DNA from: Anthoceros angustus
Lineage: Eukaryota; Plantae; Anthocerotophyta
Length of the DNA: 64,000 nt
Direction of reading: 5' to 3'
Assembly (NCBI GenBank): GCA_010909165.1
Contig: MU008166.1
Location: forward strand, 992,001-1,056,000
Shown one piece after another: positions 47,720-61,121 of this stretch. Position numbers and translations under genes: made by a program. Below the pieces are notes generated by a model. The model had not been told where the DNA came from and made no database searches. It worked only from the letters and a program-made list of their open reading frames with translations. Positions within the stretch are counted from its first letter, which is position 1. Every line of letters begins with the position of its first letter.

Positions 47720-50700
47720 TGATACCTTGAGAACCCCGAGATTAAGCTATGCGCTGCGTAGGTCAGGGTTAAATCTTCCCTTCACCCCAGTCCGTATCAC
47801 CACTTACGGTAGCGATTTACATTCGTCTTACATTACTGCGTCTGGTGATATGTAAGCGTTTAGGGACTCATTCTCGTCCCAAGATTCTCTCTCTCTCTCC
47901 CTCTTGGCTCCTTCATCCTTCCCCTCTGTTGCTCTCGTCCGCACCCAGGGGGGCCCAGTTGAAATTGCGAGTCCGGTGTGTGTGGGTTGCAGCACCTCCG
48001 CGTTGCGTTCCCCAATCCGTCCAATTCGGGCTCTGGCCTCACGGTGGTGGTTAACTGCCCGCTCCGGTCAGCCCGGCGTCGGGCTCACCGCCTGAAGGCG
48101 GGGGTCCCGGGTTCTCCACACCTGCACTCACCACCACGCGTTAGGGTCTATCACCAGAACCTAGATCATTCTCTCCGGAGTAGTCCGCCTGCTCGGTGAC
48201 TCGAGACTCGCGTTAGTACTGGACTCACAAAAATCTGCAAGTGTAACGGGGCATCAACCCCAAAAGAAAGATCACTTTACTGAGATGGCAACCCCCCTCT
48301 TATACTACGCTCCGAGGTAGTGCCTTTATTACACTCCTAAATCGGCCTTATTGCCTCACTGTACGCTGAGTGGCCCTAGTTCCCAGTGGCTATCTCTCTA
48401 CGGTGGTGGTACATTGACGACTAAATCGGCGGCAATCCTAGCTCGGCGCTGAGGCGCCCAATTGGATTATCCTTGACCCCAAAGTCATGAGGCCCTTCCC
48501 CTACCTCTAACCACAGCCAGTGCGCCCCTGGGGTGGGTGACAGCAGTTGTTACTATGAAGTCCTCCTCCTCATGTCCCTGGTGGGACCCGTCCCTCGTCG
48601 TCAGGTCGTGGTCGAGCGACCCCAGACCAAGTCAGGTCCCGGCCGGAGGCCGGACTTCCGAGTCCGCCCTTACCTCCAGAGTCCGGACCATTGGGTCCGT
48701 CCCCTCCTTCGGAGTCCGGACCACTAGGTCCGTCCTCTCCTCTGGAGTCCGGACCACTAGAACCGGACCCTCCTCAGGCATCCGGACTTCCAAGTCCGGA
48801 GCCGCCCCTGGTGTCCTGACTTTCAAGCCTGGACCCGCCTCCTGGGATCCCCCATCTCCCTGTGCCATCTCCTCCTCCGGAGCACCTTCCTCTACACCCC
48901 CCATGCTGGGCGCTGGGTGCGGTGGACCTACCTCTTGCTCCGTCGTTGCTGCTCCGCCGTCTTCTCCTGACGGCCTCCCATCCGTCTGGCCCTCCTCGCT
49001 GCTGCTCTCATCCCCGAACAGGGCGCCCAAGTTCCCTGCAGCCTGAAGCTGAGGCCACCGCCAAGACTGACCAGGACCACTACCATAGGAACCTGAATCG
49101 TTGGAGGGAGGCGGCTGGAGCAGCCACAGCTCGCCTGAAGAAGGAGCAAGTAGCCGCAAAGCAAGCACGCAAGGTCCATGGGGCAGAAATGGAGATGCGG
49201 CTGAGGAAGCTCGGGGACCTTCGGAGGCAGCTCCAAGAGATGGGAGAGGCGCGCCAGGACATGGAGGGCCATAAGGAGACCCTGGAGCTACGGCTCCAGG
49301 TGGTGGAAGAAGGAACGGGCTTAGGACAGATTGGGGACCACGAGCAGGAGATAGAGAGGCTCCAGCTCTGCCTGAGAATAGAGGAGAGTCATCGGCGAAG
49401 CAAGGAATTGGACGTCGCAGAGCTTGAGAGGGAGTTAACCGATGCCAATCGTTTGATTGAACTCCCAGGTTGGTTGGAGAAAGACATGGCAGTCCTGAGC
49501 CAGAAAGTGACGGGCCATGAACGCTAGCAGAAAAAGGAGTAGAAGTTGCTGGTCCGTCTGCGAAAGGCGGAAGGAGAGGCCTAATGGCGGAGACCGCCTA
49601 CGAAGGGAGGGGAGATGATAGCCAGAAGCGGCGGAGATGGCAGAAACCTCCATAGCCGCTTCTCGAGATCTTTGTAGAGCAAAGCAGAGGACCTCGGCCG
49701 AGCTCAACAAGCCGCAGCACTGGACTACCAGAGAACCTCTGGAGATGGGAATACAGAGTGCTCTAAGCCCACGTAGAGGAGGCCATCCAGCTGGTCGACT
49801 CGGACTTCGTGTACTACCACGCGGAGCTCCTGAGAGCGGTGGGGGCAGTCCTCCAGGCTGCTGAGGTTGCAGGGCCACCATAGGAGTCGGAGGGGACCTG
49901 GAGAGAAGAAGGTGTAGGAGAAAGTAGGCTCCCTTCGGTTGAGCCTCCAACGCCTGGCTCTGCTCCCTCCATGCGGTTTCGACCAAATCCCGGGCCTCCG
50001 CCGACACGCTTCCTTGCCGCCGCCCCCTTGCCGCTTAGGGTCCTCCGCTGCTCGAGCCTCCACAGGCGTGCTTCAACGTTTCACTTTGAGTACCTGCTGC
50101 CTCTTGTTGGGCGGACCTTACCTCCGTCTCCACCGTCCGACGCTTCTCGTCCTCGATCCAGCTTGCTTCTCTTCTTCCAACTCCATGGCCGCTCCTTCCT
50201 ACCACAGCAGCGAGCCTCGCGCCCTTGTGCCTGGCTCCCTCTTCTCTCGTAATTTTCTAAAGCTACAGCTGCCTTCTCTTCACTCCGGCGTCCACCCCAA
50301 TCGCGTCGCCGCCGCCACCCAGGGCTTGCTCCTGGCATCTTCTCCTTGCTCTTGCCACAACACGAGGTGCCTTTTCTTCTTGTTGTAGCTTGTGGGAGCT
50401 CGCGCTCTAGTGCTTGCAAACCGTAGGCGCGCCGCTTCCCAAGTGCCATGACTCCGCTCTCTTGCACCTCGCATGCAACTGCAGGGACTCTAACTGCAAG
50501 AGAGAAAAGGGTGAGTGGGGGCCCAGTTTGGGAAGTAAGACCTTCCAAACCTGGATCGCCGTTAGATGGGTGCCACGTAGCACCTTCCTCACCATCGATA
50601 TGGGAAATAATGATTTCCCATATTGCCTTATCATAAACTGGTATTTCCTGATTACTTAATTTCCCTTAATTATCCTAATTATCTTGAATTGCCTCTAATT

Positions 50701-50745
50701 CCCCTATTTAAGACCTATTTATCCTAATCCGGCCACTGATCACAT
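47720..50745. mobile_element. Retroelement-like remnant with a coiled-coil ORF (48862-49527 +) and 33-bp tandem repeats (~48650-48800)
   Basis: E/R/L-rich heptad ORF; gtccggaccactag..ccg..cc.tcct..gg repeats; tgtaacgggg LTR-like start at 48242. No RT or integrase motifs. Confidence 0.35.
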
Positions 50746-53049
50746 ATATAGTTGCCCTACCATGTTCCATACTCGAACAACCTATGCTCGTGGGTTGTTA
50801 CCTATCGCAGTAGGTGCACCCCTATGATGGTAGGTGCCGACCTACGGACTACATTTGGCTCCTACCTTGCTCTTCCGAAGGCCATTTCGCCTCGTTTCTT
50901 CTTCCCTAAGCTTCCCACCTTCCCTCCTAATACTATCCTGCAACTCCAGTTCTAAAAGAACCAAAAAGTTCTGACACATTCCCTTTAGATCGTTCCTGAT
51001 CAAAAGAAATTGGGCTTGTTCCAAAACGAACCCACTTGATCCAGTGACCCAAACTTTTGCGTTCCACAGTGCTCTACTCGCAGCTCGCATAACTCGCCGT
51101 CAACTATCGCATGACAGGCCGTATGTGGTAGAAAACTTTCTGCCTCACAACTTGGGCTTTGGTGTTCGGATGTTATCATTCAAGTTTTTTCTTGCGTTTA
51201 GGGTTTTTCTTACATACATACACATGTTTCTGTTTGGCTGGAACACACATGCACATGCTTTTTGGACATGTCTGCCTCTGCACCCAAAGGCCCCAGATAT
51301 TCGCTCCCGTTCGATGAATACAAATGCAACGGCTCACCATCAGGTGTCCAATTTGATGGCTGGGGTTTATGGTTACATGTTCAAAAGTGTGCCACCTACA
51401 CTATGCATCTGGTCTGCGTGCCAACAAGTTGGCCAACCAAGATGATGCCAGAGGGTGCAAACCGTGCAAAGGTCCCTCCCTCTCCTCGCTTCTTTGATTG
51501 GATTGAACACAAATGCTGTAAGTAAAGCTATTCAGATCCGGCAGTAGATTTCTCAAGGTGCATTACACTCTCACATGATCAAGCTTAACTAACATTACTT
51601 CTACATGAATGTTTAAGTACAGGAAGGCTGCACGATGACATAGCATTCTACGATTCAGCAGTGAAGAAGCTACTCATGCGTCCTGAAGGTGGTAGTTGGC
51701 TTTCAGCATGCTCTAACTTCTTGGCTGCAAAGCACACCATCACATACTAATGTCCCTTGCACAGTGCAGGTGCATTGACATTGCAATCTCTTGCAGATTG
51801 CCCGGGCAGCAAACTCACCTTTATCTAATTCCTATCCAGCAATGTGTTCTCGGTTGCCTAGGTGGGGGAGGGTGAAAGTGTGTTCACCCAATACTTGTTT
51901 CGAAGTAGGTCCATGAACTGAGAGTCTTAAGAGCACTTGAAATATGTTATGTCCAAAGGGTAATACTGCAAGAACCATACAACGATCGTCATACACAAGC
52001 ACACAAACCGTAACCTTCCTTCATATGGTTATGAAATCAGTCATGGTATATACCTGCTTGCAATGAACTCCGAAGTCCTCAAACTTGTTCAGCCATGGTA
52101 CGTACGTGCTTGCAATGAAGTTTGAAGTCCTCAAACTTGTTCAGTGTTATCGTTTGGTACTCCAATACTAAGGCTGCTGAAGGTGTGCTCAAGGTTACTC
52201 AAGGTCTACATATGGATGCTGCAGAGGCTTATGGGTCCCATACTTTGTGGCTCAAGTTGAGGTTCGCGAGGGTTAATGAGATGGGTGCTTGCTAGAACGT
52301 GCAAGCGCCAATGTTCCCATAGCCCTAAGAAGGAAAAACATGTGTATTGCACACGCAAAAAGATTCTTGACGCACCTCCTAACGACATCAATACATAGGG
52401 GGCAGCCCCCCGACCCATGTTGTCAAGTGTATGACTTGAGAAGTTTTCCCGCCATATGCGGCCACAAAATCTCTTATGCAACCCTCAATAAAAACCCTTG
52501 GTGTAAAGGTGACAAATTGGGTATTCCAAATCACGTTTATTGGAGCTACTTTCTAGTAGGTAGTCACATAGAAAGTACCTTGAAAGTTTTTGTGATAATA
52601 ATAATTATCTCTGTGCTATATTTTTCATATATGTGGTATCATTTTTATCCTACAACAATACGTAGTCTTTTTAGTTTATCTTTGGATAAATTATATTATT
52701 TTTCATTTAATAAATATGAATTATATGTTATTGTAAAATATTCTCTCTCTCTAGACATTCACCCCACGTTCTAAAATCGCAGTCGAGCGTGGCGCGCCTC
52801 GACTGCACGTTCGGGAGCAATGTGAACGGTGCTTGGTGGACCGGTATGTACTAGACGTTGCAATCTTGTCCCGGAGTCTGTAAAGTGGCCCCATTGCGCC
52901 TAGTGACTTTGGCTGCTCCCGGACACTTTGATGGAACAGGTCCGCAATTGGAGGCCGGATGCGTGGAATCTGCAACACTTGCCTGACCAGGGGCTTTGTC
53001 GGATCGTGAGCTTCCTATCTCCCAAGGTTGTCGGGTCATTGGCTTGTGT

Positions 53050-56000
53050 GAGCAGGTAAGCGTGAATTTGTTAGTTTTAGCTCGATGCAAGCTTCCTTAC
53101 TTTATTGTGGGTCGATTTTCTGGATGGAAATGTTGGGACGACTTCTGTAGGTTGTCAATGCATACCCTTGTGCGGTGTCGCTTACTCCGTGTAGCACTCT
53201 TCCCCGTTTCACCTTATTGCACCTTTATACACGTCCAAGCTGTTTTGCTCTCAAATTCACGAATGTGAGGGGCTTGGGTGCTCAGACAGAGTAGCTAGTG
53301 TAGATTCTGGATGTAACAATGCTGTCCGCTGTTGAGGTATACGAGGATGGAGTCTTGTTCTCATGGTTGCTTGAGACTGTATCTCTGACGTTCTTGGCTG
53401 AATGAAGAGCCTCCGTGGATGGTCTTGTGCATGGAGAAGAACAGTGGGCTGACTGAGAACACGGGTCCATGGAAGTCCAACTTTGGGGAAGTATGTAGCC
53501 CACAGTTCATCGACACCATGCACGGGAGTACGAGACTATGGGTGTTTGCGTTTAAATGAGCAGAGTGGTTCTCCTTTTCTGACAAGCGTTTGTTGCTGAC
53601 CCGTTGGGGTCTGCAGGTTACGTCCTATGAACCAATTTGGCAACCTTGTATACCAAGACCCCACTGCACCTCGATGGTGGGTATTTTCCTCGTCGAGGGT
53701 TGCTTCTCTCTTATGCTGAGGGATGAGGGCAACTGCCAATTTTGGAAGGCTTCGTGGCTCCTGAACGTATTGAGCGTGGTGAAAACGTTACTACAGAAGA
53801 GTTTTGTTTGCTGTATGGTAGATGCAGACCTGTAAGATCTCTGCTCCTCCCAAGGTTTTCTGTATGAGTGTAACTTAGTGAACGACGTGCTTACAGCCAC
53901 GACATGGCAGGTTCTGGTTACTGACCTTATTTAGGACTGGCCAGCGAAAGGCTCCTGCTCTATGGCTCAACTGGTTGACAAATACGGTAATGTTGCATTT
54001 AAAGTTGGTTAGTCTCGTGGCAAGAAAGGAAGCGAAAGGTTATGCCACTTACACGGCCCCAGCGACATGATGAGAAGCCGCTTATGTATTTGACCCCAAG
54101 GTGAGAGCATTCTACCTTGTCTCCGATGTTTCACGGGTGGAGAGGGATACTGTTTGTAGCTGATGCTGTTGCTGGATGCTCTTTGTGAACCTTTCAGGGG
54201 CAAGATTCCTGTGATGTAAGTCACTTGCATCTGACGATTTGGGAACTATGCCTGAGCACCGTTGGAAGACTACAAAGGGCCATCGTTATTTTCTGAAGAT
54301 CATCTGGGACTACTAGATTAGGGGCGTGCTCCTATTCGTCAGCTGGTAATCTAAGCCCGTAGATCTGGGGCGTTATGGCATGTGGTTGTGGGTCCTGCTC
54401 TCTCAAGCGCCTAAAATATGTTGTTATCTGGTCGAAAGGCGTAGGCAACTGTCAGTAGTCATATCTGAAGCCTTGGGGTCTGTGCAGGCGACTGTGGAGC
54501 ATGAAGAACCATACGTTGTGCCTCTTGTATAGTTTGATGTTAACAGGAGTTATTGCTGGTTGTATCCTCGATGGTGTAATTTTTTAGAACCTGAATGGAC
54601 TATGGTCTGGGAATTTGAGCATACAGATGGGTTTTGTACCCTCCTGGGAGAGTGCCAGCTGTGAACGTACGTGTGGATGAAGATGAGGATCATGTTGACT
54701 TTGACGAGCCCATCTCTCTGCAGGTGCTCACATCACCATAGATGCAATGTCGTTGCTGTTTGGAGGGTCTGACTGTTTTGTGTGGTGGCTTTTTCTCCTT
54801 GTGCTCCTAAAACTTGCTGTTGATCCTTGTAGGTGTTCTGTTTGATCGATTGAGAGTTTAACACCAGCTGGATTTTAACATCTTCTTCAGGGAGATCAGT
54901 CACAGGTGGAGAATCATCTTCTGACTCCTACAGGCAGCGGAATCACTTACCCCGAAAGGGAGGAGTCCAACGTTGTAGCTTGGGATGGTGTTGGTGACAT
55001 CCCAAGTGCTGGAGGACAGGTGACTACTTCGATGAAGAAGCGTATGCGAGAGATGGAGAAGCAGGAACTAAGAATCCGTACAAGGTGGTCTAGATTTGCT
55101 AAACGAACTGCTGATGAGCAGGAAGGTGTTGGTAAAAAGGATGTATTCTGCCCATACATGAGCATGGAGTGCTGCATGGGAAAGATGGCGCAAGTGTAGG
55201 AATCATAACGCTTGCCTTGTGCAGACCTCACGTGTGGGCCAGAATTTGGTGCCATTGTGGCAGCTCAAGTCTGTAAGGTTGGAACAGATGCTGTGGCTGT
55301 AAAACTGTATAAGCGACAGGATCTCACAAGTGGTGACATGATGGCATAGCATCCTATCTTGGTCAGCAAGTTCGGAACCTTCACAATGGGGACATTGTAG
55401 GTGAGGAGATGCGCACACATGTGAAGGAGGGAAGGGTACAGAGATGTGGGCTCGCTTGAAATAGATCCCCTTCCAAAGCCAAGTCCAGGGAAGTGGTCTT
55501 GCATAGTGCCTGGCCATGGCAAAAGTTTGTGGGTGTTTTGCGAGCGAGTGGTACATATCTTGCTTCTACCAAACTGTGGCTTTAAAAGGTTATATACGCC
55601 ATGCTCAAGGATGACTGGATGTTGCCCAATGTGTGAGCAGGGAATGATTCCTGATAATCTGTCGAAACATGTTGACTCCTATCTTCCAAACGATCCAGCA
55701 GCTGTTACTGATTTTTTCAAGGTTTGTTTGTTCGATCACGTTCAAAGCATACTTGAACTTATTCGCTTTTACATGTGTCCATCACACGCTCGTCATCTCT
55801 GCCTTTGCAGACTGAGGGCGACAGAGCCACAACTGTACAGGCCCCAGTCTGGATATACATGGACATCATGCTGAACAACGTTCAGATGGCCCCAAAACCT
55901 TGAGCAGAGAATTGGGAGTCTGTCCGAGTACAGGCAGGGGCCGGTTAAGCACATGAGAGATTTCGGCGAGACCTGAATCCGGGTTGGTATCATGTTATCC

Positions 56001-56523
56001 TTGGTGGTGTTAAAGGTGGAGGAGTAAGTGCGCTCGGGGGATCCTTCACATGACTTCATAGCAACACACATACTAGGGACATGTTCCAAGGAGAGACATC
56101 CCCATGATGCAAGGCGTTCGTACAAGAGTACTATCTGCTTATCTGAGCGACATCCCATCGAAGGCGGGCCTGGAGCTTGACGACATGTGGAGGAGGCATG
56201 ATGAGGGAAAGGCTGAGCAGAGGCCAATGCAGGGCACGGGTGATGGTAAAAACAAGCGTGTGGTGTGTGTGTGTGCTTCTGGCAGGTGCTACATTCTTGT
56301 GGACAGGCCTGGGTTCGGGAAAGTGCTGTTCCAGGAGGTGAGAGAAGCCTTGCGAAGTGTCGAAATGTGGGAGGAGGTTGAGGAGCAGGTGCCGGGGTCC
56401 CTCAACGACGGGCAGCAGCAGCAGACTTGTGGGGAGCGGGGCGGTGGGCATGGCATGCTCGCCTTCACCCTCACCCTCACCCTCAGCCTCAGCCTCACCC
56501 TCACCCACAGGCAGCAGCGGTAA
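53050..56523 (+). other. Possible multi-exon host gene or gene remnant of unknown function
   Basis: Several GT-AG bounded coding-like blocks, e.g. VNVRVDEDEDHVDFDEPISLQ|gt ~54660-54723 and cag|VENHLLTPTGSGITYP... 54906-55199. No continuous model could be built. Confidence 0.3.
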
Positions 56524-57588
56524 GGAGACTTGTGCCGGCCGAAATTTGTGACAGCGAGGGCAAAGGTCCCGATTTCTTAGATTCTTTCCGCCTGAGCCCT
56601 CCACTCCAACAGCATGACAAAGACGTGGTGATTGTAGCCTCGCGAGCTCTCCTAGTAGAGCAACACCTAATCCTAGCCCCCTGGTACGAAATTGAAGACG
56701 TGAAGCAGACGACGCACAGTAGAAGTACTGCTTCTTACATACTCGTGGGCGGCGACCGGCCCCGCACCCGCACCCGCACCCGCCAGGTGGGCGCCGCCCG
56801 AGCCCCGCCCCGACGTGGCCCCGTATCTAAATATCTCGCCTCCCTTCCGCGCCCGCGTCGGAAACGAGCTGTTTCCATCCATGTCCTTTCGCCCTTTTCC
56901 GAGTAGGTGAAGACGAAGGCGCAGGGGCCGCCACACCCCGGCAGTCCGCAAGTCCCCAGTCCGCACACACTGCCAGCGCTTCGCCACTGGCACCAGTTGC
57001 CAGGCCTTGTGCGGCCGTAGCCGCGTCTGACGAAACTCGAAAGTACGCGTGCGAAGTTGACCGCTGGGGGTCTCGAACTCCCGTCTCCGCCTTACCAGGG
57101 CACGTCGGCTATCCACAACGCCGCCTGGGGCCTGGGGCCTGGTGCCGAGAGCCAAAAAAAACACCCTCCTCGCTTCGTTAAATATAGGTGGGAAAAGCGC
57201 AAAAACTGGGTCGCAGTGCTTCCAGTCAGTGCCATCTGATCGCCCTCACCCCGGCCGTGGCCGGTGGCCACGTAACAGGCTTCAGTGCAGCGCATCAGCC
57301 GGGTTGGAGCGACGCTGCCTTGGCCCAACATTCTGCACCGAATCCGCACATTTTTAACGCATTTATGGGAGCCCCCCTTCCCACGTGTTCAGGTGCCTTT
57401 GACGAGGCTGAGGCTGAGGCTGAGGCTGATGCTGGCCACCCGGACCCGGGCCCGGGCCCCGGGGCCCCGACCCTACGTATTCGTATTCCGGTACTGCGTA
57501 CACTACAATACCCCGGATACCCCGGACACGGGGACGGGGGCGGGGAAATGCAGTGATTTAGCGTATCAGGGTTAAGTTAGGGCTATGT

Positions 57589-57712
57589 CGGTGAGGGCGA
57601 GGGTTAGGGCTAGGGTTAGGGTTAGGGCTCGGGTTCGGGTTCGGGTTCGGGTTCGGGTTCAATAAAACGAGCGAGGGAGGGAGGGAGGGAAGGAAGGAAG
57701 GAAGGAAAGCGG
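57589..57712. repeat. Simple-repeat tract: (TTAGGG)-like, (GGGTTC)n, (GGAA)n
   Basis: gggttagggctagggttagggttagggctcgggttcgggttcgggttcgggttc directly visible. Confidence 0.8.
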
Positions 57713-57880
57713 AAGGTAGTATGTGGGCGGGCGGGCAATAATGGTAATGAGGGGGGCCGGGTCGGGGGTCGGGGGTCGAGGGACGAGGATGGGATCCTGT
57801 CACGGTCAAGGCGGGCCGACGCTGGCCCATGCCGTTGGTGTGGGACGCCAGGCCCTACTTGCCTGGCCCTACTGGCCCGC

Positions 57881-57932
57881 GACACGTGCTGGGCCTTCGT
57901 GCCACGTGAGCGGACCTAACCGCATACGTGTC
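57881..57932. promoter_or_regulatory. Cluster of three ABRE/G-box motifs upstream of the NAC gene
   Basis: GACACGTG (57881), GCCACGTG (57901) and TACGTGTC (57925) lie within 52 bp. Confidence 0.45.
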
Positions 57933-60900
57933 GCGCCCGCAGAAGCTCCTGTTAACACTTGATAAACAACGAGAGGCCCCACCGGCCCCAAAGCCGGCCG
58001 GGCCCTTCACTGCCTAAAGGGCCATTACACGTCTCCTAAATTTGATGAGCCCGCGCGGGCGAAGCGAAATAGAATATGTCAGATGGGTTGTGCATGCATC
58101 ATGCCTACCTACCTCTAAAATGTCGCTCTCTGTGCTACATGGTGGGTGCCGGATTGCCGGATTCAGCCAACCCCCTGCCACCTTCGCCCCGAAGGATTTG
58201 GGCGTTTGGGGCATGTCCTAACCACTTTTCTTCTCCTTGCCGCCCCTTCCCTCGTAACCAGTAACCCGCATCCATCCATCCATCCATCCATCCTGGGATC
58301 CTCCTTCTCTCATCCTACTGTTTTCCTCCTTTTTCACTAATAAACAAACAAACATCTCACACACCTTGCCATCTGCGCTGACAAAGAAAGGAAGAAAACA
58401 AAAAGTGGAATAAGGCCCAGAATTAGGGGACGATGGTAGATAAGTATACCAGCCCAGCCCATTGTCCATTCCTTTCCTCCGCCTCCGCGAAGGAGTACGG
58501 GTGGGGATGATCCAGACGAGGCCGGATAATGGACATGGTCAAAGGAGGGAATCCCGCGGGAGCGGGGTTAGGGTTTGACGGAGTGCACTCGCACTCGAAT
58601 CAACGTGATGCTCATGATTGTGCCGGGGCGTACGCCCCTAATACATGAATGTGGCTGATAATTGGGGGGCGATGATGATGACGCCACCCCATCTTCCCAG
58701 TTCCCATCCCTTCCTCCTCCGGGAAGCGGTTACGCTAACGCTAAGCCCGGGCTGTTAAGAATCGGTTACGTTAAGGTTTTAAGCGGGGTGGGCCCGGGGG
58801 CCGGCACGAGGAGCAGCCGCGGGTACCTGCTGCGGCCTCCAGATTTAGCAGCGGAGGAGGCGGCCAGGAGGCGCGACCGGGCCACCGGGCGACCGGCTGA
58901 CCGGCTGACCGGGTTGCGGCTGCAGGGGGGAAAGGCAAGGCCGGTCAGCGCGGCCCCAGGCAAGCAGCAGCTACATTAGCGGGCGCGGGCGCGGGCGCGG
59001 GCGTGACATAACAGAGGGTTGGCTGTTAGCACATAAATGTCGGAATGCGGCAAAAGAACAATAACAAGTGTCGCCGGGGCAACAGGCGAGCGCAGGCTTC
59101 CCGACTCCGAACTTGTGCGCCTGTGGTGGGTAATGATTTGCGCGCATGCGGAAATGCGCTGCTACTGGCCGCCTCGGAGGATACCATGGGCGGCGAATGT
59201 GGAAGGCGAGAAGGAAACAGCCCAGGTGGCCTGTTTCCGCTGGCCCATTCTTCCCTTGGGGGCAGCGCCACAGACTCCCCCTGCCGTTATGATGATGATG
59301 CCATTTTCCTTCCCTTCCCTTCCTTCCTCCTCTCCTCCGCCTCCCGCCTCCCGCCTCGTAAGTCAACACGAAAACCGTGTTGCCGCGACGGGCTGCGTGA
59401 CCGGCCGGGTGACCGGCTGCCACGGGCCGCAGCCACGAGGCAAGGCTGGATGATGGGGACGGGTTGCGACGTGGCGCTGCCGCAGGCTTCATCCGCGCGG
59501 CCTTCTTTCTTCCGTTTTACGCAGGGGCGGGGGCAAGGGAGGGGAGTTTAGTGTTAGTTTTTGGGTTAGCGTTAGTTTTGGAGTCGGCGTTCCGGTGAGG
59601 TGAGGTGAGGTGAGGTGAGGGGAGGAGAGAGGCGGCCCGGCCCGGCCCGCCAGCCCGCCAGCCCGCCCGCCGCCCACGTACCTTTTGACTGAAGATGCGA
59701 GAAGGTGCATGGCTGCCCATGGGCATTGGCGGAGGTGGAAGTGGGTCGTGAAAGTGGGCAGATGCCGGTGCTAGAGCAGAGCAGAGCTGAGCGGAGCAGA
59801 GCAGAGAGATGGTGGGGCTCGAAGTGGGCAACAGGATCGCTAATTAGTCGGGCCTCGAGGTCACGACAAGCGACCTGGGCTTTCGACAAAAGCGCATTCT
59901 TCGTTGCTTGCTTCAAGAAGGAAGGAGGAGTGGCTGCTGCGCTTTCGCTCTTGTGGCACGTTCTTGCTTCCTGCTGAGCTTTGGGCTGCTGCCGCTGCTG
60001 GATTGGGCTCAGCTTCTTGCTTGGCTCGCCTTGCCTTGCTGGGCTGCCAGCGGAGTTCTGGGCTGGGCTGGGCTGGGCTTGCTTGCGTTTGATTTGCCGG
60101 AGTCTGCCTCCTTTGCCTTGCATGGTGCATGGTGCATGGGGCGGGGTGTGGGGACTGGGGGAATATCCGGACGCTTCTCCTGCTGCCGCTTGCTTGCCTG
60201 CTCGCTTGCTTGCGCGGCCCAGGCTTCGTGTCGAGAGGAGAGGGGGGTTGAATGATCTGGGCGGGTGAGGCTGCGTACAAGAGACAAACGGGAGGTGGGA
60301 TCCCAGGCTCCGTGGGGGGAGTTGCGCGCCGGGAGAGAGAGAGAGAGAGAGAGAGCGGAGGTTGATAAGCCCCGCTCCAGCTGCTTCTCTCGCTTTGTAG
60401 TAGAATAGAGATCTGGGAGGGAGGTAAGGGAAGGGAAGGGAAGGGAGTAAGGCAAGCTTGGTAAGCAAGGCAGGAAGAAAGCGAGGAAGAGAGCGAGGAG
60501 ACGCGCTGAGACGTCAGTCAATTGGCTAATTGCTCGCTGCTGCCAGTTGGAATTAGGCTGCAGCGGACGGAAGCTTGCTTCTCGGCTTCGGCTTCTGCTT
60601 CTGCCTCTCCTCTCCTCTCCTCTCCTCTCCTCTCTTCTCTTCTCGTCTTCTGCTCATCGCCCAATTCAGCACGCTTCTCAGGCAGCCTTAACTTTGCGCT
60701 AAGCCGGCGCCTTCGCCTTCCCATCCATTCCCACTGCTGCTGTGCCTGCTGCCTGATGTACGGTTCTCGGGGACCCGGTGCGGAATTGGGGAGCAAGAGA
60801 GTAAGGGTGAGCGTGAGCTCGGGCCATCGCCAATGGTTGCAGAGCTGAAAGCGGGGAATCCTTGTCGCGCCCACGCTGCCTGCTCCACCTTGGGGAGGAG

Positions 60901-61121
60901 AAGATCGCCTGCTTTCCGCACTGCTTTAGAATGTCAAGACCACCCAGGCTGAGACAGAGGTGAAGCTCAACCTTTGTCTTGTCACGTGCGCACTGCACAG
61001 CAACTGTACACTGTCCCCATATATACAGGAGACGAGGCGATCTGGAAGGAAGGGATTTGTGCGCAGGCCGTGAATTCAATCCTTCATCCGGCTTCCCACT
61101 CGCATCCCGCATCGGGAGCGC

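Noticed and set aside
57575-57660. Telomere
   Set aside because: Only a few degenerate TTAGGG units inside a microsatellite-rich upstream region.
56600-61000. Numerous 100-300 aa ORFs upstream of NAC
   Set aside because: Low-complexity, GC-rich simple repeats with no recognisable domains.
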